A program made the position numbers and the translations under genes. Positions 1-8,132 of a stretch of 64,000 bases of DNA are shown here, one piece after another; positions within the stretch are counted from its first letter, which is position 1; each line of letters starts with the position of its first letter. Source of the stretch: an uncultured Planctomycetaceae bacterium. Its GTDB lineage: Bacteria; Planctomycetota; Planctomycetia; Isosphaerales; Isosphaeraceae. The stretch lies in NCBI GenBank assembly GCA_963833985.1, contig CAWIAD010000002.1, forward strand, positions 32,001 through 96,000, written 5' to 3'. The notes beneath the pieces were generated by a model that worked only from the letters and a program-made list of their open reading frames with translations, was not told where the DNA came from and made no database searches.

Positions 1-387
1 CGAGGTATTGCTGGCCAGGACCGCCTCGTCGTGGAGAATCCCCGCGAGCTGCCGGAACAGGCTCGTCTTGATGGCCTCGTTCTCGGTCACCGCCTCGATC
101 ACCACCTGGCAGCCGGCGAGTGCCGCGGGGCTGGAGGAGGAAGAGAGAAGCGCGCCGATCCGCAGGTTTTCCGCGTCACCCGCCGGGTCCTGAGGGCGCG
201 TGCCGCGCGGCTTGCCGCGGCCGGGCGCTAGCTGAAGGGCACGCGCCAGGCCGGATTCGAGGACCTGCGCATTCACGTCCACCAGGGTGGTGGCCATGCC
301 CGACCGGAGCAACGCGGCCGCGATCCCCGCGCCCATCTGCCCGGCGCCCAGCACCCCCACTCGAACGGCCGTCGGCTGCATGGCCAT
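1..387 (-). CDS. 3-hydroxyacyl-CoA / 3-hydroxybutyryl-CoA dehydrogenase, N-terminal part (runs off window edge)
   Basis: Not in ORF track. Manual translation: MAMQPTAVRVGVLGAGQMGAGIA...VIEAVTENEAIKTSLF...VLASNTS (Rossmann GxGxMG and ASNTS motifs). GGAGG RBS upstream of the ATG at 387. Confidence 0.9.
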   Translation of the reverse strand, partial: MAMQPTAVRVGVLGAGQMGAGIAAALLRSGMATTLVDVNAQVLESGLARALQLAPGRGKPRGTRPQDPAGDAENLRIGALLSSSSSPAALAGCQVVIEAVTENEAIKTSLFRQLAGILHDEAVLASNTS

Positions 388-440
388 GGTGCGGAACCTC
401 CAGGTGTGGGTGCTATGCGACGATCCGGAAAATCAGTGCT

Positions 441-1556
441 TCAGGTCTGCGGCGTGAACAGGATGACCTCCACTCGCTGCGCAGGAAGCTGAGCGGTGGC
501 CGGCTCTTGCAGCCTGGGGACCTGGTTGCCGAAGCCGACCGCGGCCACCTTGCGCGAGTGGAACCAGCCTGCCGAGTCGATGCCGTGCTTTTCCACCAGG
601 TACTTGCGCACGCAGTCCGCCTGCTCCTGGGTCAGGACCTCGGCCAGGTCGGCATCGCTGCCGCCGCTGGTGAATGCGGCGATGACCACCTCGGACCGCG
701 GCTGGCTGGCCCGCTTGCACCACCGGCCGACCTCGTCCAGATGGGCGCGGCCCGTGGGGGTGAGGATCGCCCGGCCCGGCTCGAACAGGTCCTCGGCCCG
801 CAACAGCCGGCTGTCCTTGCGGGCCCCGGGCTGGTAGAGCACCTTCTCACGCTCGAAGTAGGAGCGAGAATCGAAATAGCGCGAAAGCGGCCAGGTGCGC
901 TTCAGGGCGGCCAGGTTGTCCTCCATTGCCGAGACTGTCCGTTCGCCCCTGTGGGTGAGTGAAACCAGGTTGTCGTACGCGGCCTCGTCACGGACAAGCT
1001 TGCCCAGCGATCCCTTCCCCTCGCGGACCGAGGCCGCTATGGCGGTCATCTCCTCAAGGCCGGTGCGGGCGGTGCCAGCCAGCTCGTCGAGCTTCTGGAG
1101 CGAGGCGCTGGTGCGCTTCATGAGGTCGCTCAGCTCCACCGGCGGCTCGGACGTGATGGCCCCTCCTTCGGCAACCTGGGGCGCATCGGGCCGGCCAGGG
1201 GTGATCTCCACGACCCGGGCGCCCACCATCCCCTCCGCCAGGATGCGCGCCACCGCGTCCGTGCGGACAAGTGGATACAACCGCTGGTCCAGCCGCAGGA
1301 CCAGCTCCACCGGCTGTCCGGGCTCACGCGGGGGGACCACCTGCTCGACCACCCCGGCATCAATACCCTGCAACCGCACCCGATGCCCAGCCTCCAGGCC
1401 GCTGATCGACGAGAAGCTCGCCCGGACCTGGAACGTCGGCTGAACGTGCCAGCGCTTCAGTGCCACCTGGTACAGGCCGAAGCCACCGAGCGCCAGGACG
1501 GCCAGGGCGAAGCTTGCATTGGCCAGTATCCGCCACCGAGCCATGTCACGCCTCAT
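441..1556 (-). CDS. mlaD: MlaD/MCE-family protein with C-terminal OmpA-like domain
   Basis: N-terminal TM, GLEAGHRVRLQGIDAGVV MCE motif, helical region GKGSLGKLV, C-terminal LFEPGRAIL...AVGFGNQVP...QRVEVIL resembling OmpA_C. Adjacent to mlaE. Confidence 0.85.
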   Translation of the reverse strand: MRRDMARWRILANASFALAVLALGGFGLYQVALKRWHVQPTFQVRASFSSISGLEAGHRVRLQGIDAGVVEQVVPPREPGQPVELVLRLDQRLYPLVRTDAVARILAEGMVGARVVEITPGRPDAPQVAEGGAITSEPPVELSDLMKRTSASLQKLDELAGTARTGLEEMTAIAASVREGKGSLGKLVRDEAAYDNLVSLTHRGERTVSAMEDNLAALKRTWPLSRYFDSRSYFEREKVLYQPGARKDSRLLRAEDLFEPGRAILTPTGRAHLDEVGRWCKRASQPRSEVVIAAFTSGGSDADLAEVLTQEQADCVRKYLVEKHGIDSAGWFHSRKVAAVGFGNQVPRLQEPATAQLPAQRVEVILFTPQT

Positions 1557-1737
1557 GAGACGCCACCCCCTGGAAACGAACACGGGCCGGTACGGAGATC
1601 GAATCCATGGAAGACACGCGGGCTTCGTCAATCATGCGTTCCCTACCCGCACCTGGGCAAGAGACCGCGCACCGGACACAGCTCTCATTCCTGGAACTCG
1701 ATACGCAAACCCAGTTCCAGCACGCGCCGGTCTCTGC

Positions 1738-2523
1738 TCAGAGCGAACTCCAGCCGAGGGCCTCCGTGGCCAGTTGGATGCACGGGACCATCACGGCATT
1801 GGCGGCAAAAACGGCGAGCGTGGCCAGCACCACGCCGCGCGTCGCGGCGCGGCCCACGGCCTCGGTGGAGCGGTCAGCGTTCAGGCCGGTCCAGCAGCCA
1901 AGCAGACCCACAAGCAGGCCGAAGACCGTGGTTTTGAGTGTGGCCGGAACCACGTCCGAGATCCGCAGAAAGACCAGCGATTCCCGCCAGAAGAGCCAGG
2001 GCGAAAGCTTGCCCGCGGCGGTCTCGGCCGCCAGGGCCCCGCCCAGGGCCGACGCGTTGATGAGCACCGTCAGTAATGGGACGGCCAGCGCGCAGGCGAT
2101 CGCTCGGGGTGCCACCAGGCCGGGTATCGGGTCCGCGCCAAGCACGATCCGGGCGTCAATTTCCTCGTTCAGGCACATCGACCCGAGCTCAGCGGCCAGG
2201 CCGGCGCCCATCCGGCTGGCGACCAGGACTCCGGCCAGCAGCGGGCCGAGCTCCACAACCACCGCGACGGCCAGGAAGCTGGGCAGGGCCGCCTCGGCGC
2301 CCTGGGCTACCAGCAGCCGGTGCGTCTGGAACCAGGTCACCAGTCCCACGCTCGCGCCGGCTCCAACCAAGATCGGCAAGCTCTTCACGGCCACCTGCTC
2401 GAACTGCCAGACCACCTCGCCCGACCGGGTCATGAGAGCGGCGGGCAGCGCCGCCAGGGTGCGGGCCGCAAACTCGACAAACCGCCCGAACCGCTCGAGC
2501 TGCCCGACCCCCAGCGCGATCAT
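1738..2523 (-). CDS. mlaE: MlaE-family ABC transporter permease
   Basis: ELGPLLAGVLVASRMGAGLAAELGSM..NEEIDA, AVGRAATRGVV motifs. Confidence 0.92.
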   Translation of the reverse strand: MIALGVGQLERFGRFVEFAARTLAALPAALMTRSGEVVWQFEQVAVKSLPILVGAGASVGLVTWFQTHRLLVAQGAEAALPSFLAVAVVVELGPLLAGVLVASRMGAGLAAELGSMCLNEEIDARIVLGADPIPGLVAPRAIACALAVPLLTVLINASALGGALAAETAAGKLSPWLFWRESLVFLRISDVVPATLKTTVFGLLVGLLGCWTGLNADRSTEAVGRAATRGVVLATLAVFAANAVMVPCIQLATEALGWSSL

Positions 2524-2799
2524 GGGCCTTCCTCTTCCACCTGGATGAGAGCGTGTTCCACCCTGACGCGAGGCGACGGCGATCAGGTCTCGCGGCACCG
2601 GCTCCAGGAATTTGCCTCAAAGATCTTCGGTCGTCGCGAGCGGCGATTCGACGGATTCTCGCGCTCGCGGCCGGATCGGGCCGGCTCTTGCCGTGCCCTT
2701 TGGCCATCATTGCGTTAATCTTGATCGCTCGGGTGATGTCTCGGCGAGGGGAACCTGCCAGGGTCCTCCCTGAACCGATCCTCGACGCAGGACCTTCTT

Positions 2800-4578
2800 G
2801 TGATGGACGTGAGCGCGGAGAACGAGCCGGCGGCACCTCCCTGGGAGACTTTCGTGCTGGCCTCGTGCGCGGATCTGGCACGCTTCCCCCAGGTTCACCT
2901 GGCGCCCAGGTTCCCTCCGGGGCGTTCCAACCTGGCGCTGAAGGTTCCCTTGCCGCTCGCGGACGACGAGCTCCTGGTGGCACTGATCGAGGACGAGTCG
3001 GCCGGTGCGCGCACCGAGATCGTCCTCACCACAGCGCGGCTCTACTGGTCGGAGCCCGAGCCGGCCCCGCAAGGCGGACGCGGCAGAAGAGCCGCCGTGT
3101 CCATCCGCACCTACGGCATGGATTACGCGCTGATCGCGCCGGATGCCTGCACCGTCTCCACCACCGCCGAAGGGACGCGGATCGAGCTGGCGGCCGGCCG
3201 ATCACTCGCGATGCACGGCGCCGGGCGCGACCTGCCCGAAGCGCTGGCCGCCTACCTCAGGCGGGTGCGCGACGCCGCCGTCCGAAGAGAACCGCCCCGG
3301 CTCAACGGGTTTGATCCCGCGCTGCTGCAACGGATCGAGCGGGCGTTTCCCCGGATCGTCGAGGTGACGCAGCGAACGCGCACCCTGTGCAACGATCTGC
3401 TGACATTTCGCAGGGACCTGCTGGCGGCGACGGCGCATGTGGTGGTCACTCCGGTGCTGGTGGCGTCCTGCGTCGCCGTTTACCTGCTGATGCTGCTGCG
3501 TGGGGTCGACCCGCTGCTCCCCTCGGCCGGGCAGCTCCTCGCCTGGGGCGCCAACGACGGGTCGCGCGTGGTGCTCCGGCACGAGGTGTGGCGGCTGCCC
3601 GCCAGCGTGTTCATCCACGGCGGCCTGATCCATCTGGCCGTGAACATGTGGTGCCTGCTCAACATCGGCCCGCTCATCGAACGGCTCTTCGGCAACGCCG
3701 CCACGGCCCTGATCTATCTGGCCGCGGGCGCCGGCGGGGCGATCGCCAGCATGGCGACGCTGCCTCCCCGCGTCAGCGTGGGTGCCTCGGGGGCGATCTT
3801 CGGACTGCTGGGAGCGCTCCTGGCCTTCCTGCTGATCAATCGCCGCTCGGTGCCCGCCACCGTGTTCCGCCCCTTGCGATCGAGCGCCCTGGGCTTCGTG
3901 GCCTTCAACACGCTCTTCGCCGCGATGGTGCCGAACATCGATCAATCGGCTCACCTGGGCGGCCTGGCCACCGGATTCCTGGGCGGCCTGGCGCTGGTGC
4001 GGCCATGGCCCGTGGTGCACTCGGCCGGCATGCGGCTGCGGCGCGTGCTGCTGGGGTCGCTGCTGGCGGCATGCGTCATCGCCGCGGGCGTGGGCGTCAT
4101 CCGATGGCGCGAGCGGACCTTACCTCCCCGGGTCCGGCTGGCGGACTTCAAGGACCAGGCGGCCACGGCGATCTCCGAGTTCGACGCGATCTCGCGTTCC
4201 CTGCCCGAGGTCCACAGGCTGCTGGAAGGCGCTGGGGACGACTCGACGCGGCAAAAGCTGGGCGCGGCACTGCGCGAAATCGAGCCGCGGGCGAGCTCGA
4301 ATCTCGATCGGCTGCGGCGCATCACCACCCCGGATCCCGGCCTACAGCAGCTCCGCCAGGCCCTCATCGACAGCCAGGCCGCCCAGGTCGCCCTCATCGC
4401 CGGAACGCGAGCGTATCTGGAGACGGGCAATTCCGACGTCCTGAACGGGCCTTCAGGCATACTCGCCAGCGCCCGCGCGACGATCCGGGCTCAGAACGAG
4501 GTCAGGGAACTCCTCCAGGACTACCTGAAGGCGAACGGCCTGGAGTCCTCGGCGAACGTGCCGCAAGACGAGGATTGA
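2800..4578 (+). CDS. Rhomboid intramembrane serine protease with long N- and C-terminal soluble extensions
   Basis: WRL..SVFIHGGLIHLAVNM, catalytic GASGAIFG and AHLGG motifs. Confidence 0.9.
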   Translation: MMDVSAENEPAAPPWETFVLASCADLARFPQVHLAPRFPPGRSNLALKVPLPLADDELLVALIEDESAGARTEIVLTTARLYWSEPEPAPQGGRGRRAAVSIRTYGMDYALIAPDACTVSTTAEGTRIELAAGRSLAMHGAGRDLPEALAAYLRRVRDAAVRREPPRLNGFDPALLQRIERAFPRIVEVTQRTRTLCNDLLTFRRDLLAATAHVVVTPVLVASCVAVYLLMLLRGVDPLLPSAGQLLAWGANDGSRVVLRHEVWRLPASVFIHGGLIHLAVNMWCLLNIGPLIERLFGNAATALIYLAAGAGGAIASMATLPPRVSVGASGAIFGLLGALLAFLLINRRSVPATVFRPLRSSALGFVAFNTLFAAMVPNIDQSAHLGGLATGFLGGLALVRPWPVVHSAGMRLRRVLLGSLLAACVIAAGVGVIRWRERTLPPRVRLADFKDQAATAISEFDAISRSLPEVHRLLEGAGDDSTRQKLGAALREIEPRASSNLDRLRRITTPDPGLQQLRQALIDSQAAQVALIAGTRAYLETGNSDVLNGPSGILASARATIRAQNEVRELLQDYLKANGLESSANVPQDED

Positions 4579-4697
4579 TCGCCGCGGCACAGGCCTCGGG
4601 TCCGACCTGAGAATCTGGACAATGGCCCGGAAGGCCTGCTGCTCCTGGTCTTTCGACAGCCGGAGCTTGGGTGATGCGAGTGCCATGGAATGCTTTC

Positions 4698-4818
4698 AAC
4701 CACGAAAAAAAGGGAAACGAACCACGGAAAAGGGAAACGAACCACAGAAAACAATGCGATCAACCACAGAGATCACAGAGACCACAGAGGGAAGAGGAAA
4801 GACAAATCAGGAATGGTT
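4698..4818. repeat. Inverted arm of the tandem-array motif (AACCACAGAG family)
   Basis: 4762-4818 is a near-exact reverse complement of the AACCGTTCCAGATC...CTCTGTGGTT segment of each array unit; the part further left mirrors the array's right end (GTGGTTG.TCGCATTGTT). Confidence 0.85.
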
Positions 4819-4867
4819 GAATTGTTTTTTTCCTTCCGCGATTCTCTTCCTGTGTGTTCTCTGTGCT

Positions 4868-5935
4868 CTCTGTGGTTCGTTTCCCCGCTCTGTGGTTAGT
4901 TTGTAGGCGGCAGTGGGCAGTGGGCAGTTTGTAGGGTGGGTCGAGCCGCAGGCGAGGCCCACCAGGGCGGCAGTGGGCAATGGGCAGTAAGGAAACCGTT
5001 CCAGATCTTTCTTTCCTCTTCCCTCTGTGCTCTCTGTGATCTCTGTGGTTCGTTTCCCCGCTCTGTGGTTAGTTTGTAGGCGGCAGTGGGCAGTGGGCAG
5101 TTTGTAGGGTGGGTCGAGCCGCAGGCGAGGCCCACCAGGGCGGCAGTAGGCAATGGGCAGTAAGGAAACCGTTCCAGATCTTTCTTTCCTCTTCCCTCTG
5201 TGCTCTCTGTGATCTCTGTGGTTCGTTTCCCCGCTCTGTGGTTAGTTTGTAGGCGGCAGTGGGCAGTGGGCAGTTTGTAGGGTGGGTCGAGCCGCAGGCG
5301 AGGCCCACCAGGGCGGCAGTAGGCAATGGGCAGTAAGGAAACCGTTCCAGATCTTTCTTTCCTCTTCCCTCTGTGCTCTCTGTGATCTCTGTGGTTCGTT
5401 TCCCCGCTCTGTGGTTAGTTTGTAGGCGGCAGTGGGCAGTGGGCAGTTTGTAGGGTGGGTCGAGCCGCAGGCGAGGCCCACCAGGGCGGCAGTGGGCAAT
5501 GGGCAGTAAGGAAACCGTTCCAGATCTTTCTTTCCTCTTCCCTCTGTGCTCTCTGTGCTCTCTGTGGTTCGTTTTCCTTCCCCGTGGTTAGTTTGTAGGC
5601 GGCAGTGGGCAGTGGGCAGTTTGTAGGGTGGGTCGAGCCGCAGGCGAGGCCCACCAGGGCGGCAGTGGGCAATGGGCAGTAAGGAAACCGTTCCAGATCT
5701 TTCTTTCCTCTTCCCTCTGTGCTCTCTGTGATCTCTGTGGTTCGTTTCCCCGCTCTGTGGTTAGTTTGTAGGCGGCAGTGGGCAGTGGGCAGTTTGTAGG
5801 GTGGGTCGAGCCGCAGGCGAGGCCCACCAGGGCGGCAGTGGGCAATGGGCAGTAAGGAAACCGTTCCAGATCTTTCTTTCCTCTTCCCTCTGTGCTCTCT
5901 GTGCTCTCTGTGGTTCGTTTTCCTTCCCCGTGGTT
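4868..5935. repeat. 173-bp tandem repeat array, 6 full units plus a partial seventh (BIME-like mosaic)
   Basis: Units start at 4868, 5041, 5214, 5387, 5560, 5733, 5906 and are nearly identical. Each has GTAG-GGTGGG..CCCACC hairpin, GGCAGTG heptamers and CTCTGTG(C/A)T nonamers. Confidence 0.97.
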
Positions 5936-6011
5936 GTTCGCATTGTTCCCTGTTCGCTCTGTGGTTCGGTTCCTTCCCCGTGGTTGTTCGCTGTTCGCTC
6001 TGAGTGGGCGA

Positions 6012-6224
6012 TCACCGCCAGGGCGCTTTGGTCGCGTCGGTGTAGGTCGCGGGCTTGCCGGCGGACTGGTCGGTCTGCTGGCCGCCGGTGTAATTGCCGG
6101 GCCGGCCGTGTGACTGGTCGGAGTCCGGGGCCGGCGCCGGCGCCGGGGGGATGTTCTCGCAGGCCGGGTCGGGGAGCGTGATCCGGCCGATGGATGCCGC
6201 AGGCTGCTTGCTGATGGCTGGCAT
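6012..6224 (-). CDS. Small Pro-rich hypothetical protein (70 aa)
   Basis: ATG-started ORF with GC-rich third positions; no recognisable domain. Confidence 0.4.
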   Translation of the reverse strand: MPAISKQPAASIGRITLPDPACENIPPAPAPAPDSDQSHGRPGNYTGGQQTDQSAGKPATYTDATKAPWR

Positions 6225-6263
6225 GATTTAGAGCGGTTTTCACTCGGATCGCAGACTGAGACC

Positions 6264-6327
6264 GGGGGGCAGGCATTCCTGCCTGCCGGAGTATGCCTGT
6301 CCTGGCAGACAGGAATGTCTGCCCCCC
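6264..6327. repeat. REP-like palindrome (24-bp arms, 16-nt loop)
   Basis: GGGGGGCAGGCATTCCTGCCTGCC / GGCAGACAGGAATGTCTGCCCCCC, 2 differences between the arms. Confidence 0.85.
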
Positions 6328-6373
6328 TCTCCGAAACTCAGAAACTGCCGGCAACGCGTCAGAAAAGCGCTCT

Positions 6374-6637
6374 CTAACCTCGTCTCGTGTTGGTGATGCC
6401 CAGGGGAATGGCGATGTCCGCGAGGCCGTCGCCGTTGATGTCGGGTTCCGCGATGCACAGGGCCGCGGCCGCCTGCGCTCTCCGCATGAAGTAGCCGGCA
6501 TACTTTTCGATGCCGCTGGTCGGGCCCATCTTTGCCCGCAGGACCAGGGCGATGGCGTAAAGCGCGTTGGTGGTGACGCACTGCGCGATTCCCCGAGACG
6601 GAGGCTCGGGCTCACTTGGAAAGGCAATGCTCTCATG
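6374..6637 (-). pseudogene. Start-less open frame, probable 3' gene remnant
   Basis: Frame reads ...CVTTNALYAIALVLRAKMGPTSGIEKYAGYFMRRAQAAAALCIAEPDINGDGLADIAIPLGITNTRRG*; protein-like, but no start codon near its 5' end. Confidence 0.35.
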
Positions 6638-6763
6638 CTACCCTGGCGATTCGCGCGGGCCGGCCGCGCCGGTCCCGGGCTCGTCCCTCACATCGGGGCA
6701 CGCCCCGCCGTCGTCGACTCCAAGCTGGACACCGTGGGCCTTGGCGAATCAGGAGCCATCTCC

Positions 6764-8093
6764 GTGATCACACTCCGCAGGCGGAACTGGACTTGCTTGC
6801 TCTTCCAGGCGGGAGGATTCCTCGCGGCTTGCACCACCGGTGCGAGCCCGGCGGCGGAACTGGACGACTATGTCAGGAAGCCCGATCCGGCTTTCTCCTG
6901 GAAGCAGGTCGGCAACCACACCTCGGCTGCCGGCGCCATCCATAGCATCGCCCTGACCTCTCAGGTCTGGCAGGGCATCACCTGGACCCACGAGCTGACG
7001 ATCTACGAGCCCGCGGAGCTCACTCACCGCGAGACCGCGCTGCTGTTCATCACCGGCGGAGGAACCGGAGGCAAGCCGAACGATGACGACCACAAGCGCG
7101 GGTTCACCCTGGCCAGGGTGACCGGCGCGCGGGTGGCCGTACTGCACCAGGTGCCGAACCAACCCCTGCTCGGCGATAAGACCGAAGACACGCTCATCGC
7201 CGAGACCTTCGTTCGCTTCCTGGAGACGAAGGACGGCCAGTGGCCGCTCCTCCTGCCCATGGTCAAAAGTGCGGTGCGGGCCATGGACGCCGTCCAGGCC
7301 TGGGACGGCCAGCACGGCAAGGGCGAGATCAAGCGGTTCGTCGTCACGGGAGCCTCCAAGCGTGGCTGGACCACCTGGCTCACCGGCGCGGTGGACCAGC
7401 GCGTCGTCGCCATCGCACCCATGGTCATCGTCATGCTCAACATCGGTGTCCAGGGCCCCAACCAGCTCGACGTCTGGGGTCAGTACAGCGAGCAGATCGA
7501 CGACTACGTGAAGCGCGGGCTCATGGAGCGCGCTGCGCACCGCCGAAGGCAAGGCGCTCTGGAAGCTGGTCGACCCGTTCACCTATCGCGATCGCCTGAC
7601 CATGCCCAAGATGCTGATCAACGGCTCGAACGACCGCTACTGGACCTTGAACGCTCTGGATCTGTTCTGGGATGGGCTCAAGGGTCCGAAGTACCTGGTG
7701 GAGCTGCCCAACGCCGGCCATGGCCTGGAGGCGAACCGCGAATGGGCCATCAACGGTCTGGGGGCCTTCTTCCGGCACTCGGTCACGGGCCGCGCCATGC
7801 CCGTCCTCTCATGGTCCATGAGCAATCCGGCGGCCGGCAAGGCAACCATCACGATCCAGGCCAACCCGGCACCCGTCTCGGCACGGCTCTGGACCGCGTC
7901 GTCCGCCAACCGCGATTTCCGTGAATCGAAGTGGACGCCCACAACGCTCGAGGCCGGGACGACGATCACCACTGCGATCGCGCCGCCGGCCTCGGGAAAT
8001 GTCGCAGCCTTCGCGGACCTCGAATATGCCGTCGACGGGCTGCCTTACCACCTGACGACGTCGTTCTTCGAGCCGGGCGTGCGGCCCCGGTAA
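6764..8093 (+). CDS. PhoPQ-activated pathogenicity-related (PqaA) family alpha/beta hydrolase, frameshift at ~7530
   Basis: Signal peptide, LDDYV.KPD, SQVWQG, VPNQPL, PMVKSAVRAMD, GASKRGWTTW; continues in another frame as LVDPFTYRDRLTMPK..NDRYW..LPNAGH. AGGAG RBS before GTG at 6764. Confidence 0.85.
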
Positions 8094-8132
8094 GAGCCGA
8101 GGCCAGGCCAGGCCGGGCGGTCATTCTTCATT

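Noticed and set aside
4896..5845. Five 85-aa ORFs (MPTAALVGLACG...) as a peptide/RiPP precursor array
   Set aside because: They overlap each other, arise from a 173-bp non-triplet period, lack ATG starts and coding bias, and no modifying enzymes are nearby.
4868..5935. CRISPR array
   Set aside because: Whole 173-bp units are repeated with no unique spacers, and there are no cas genes in the window.
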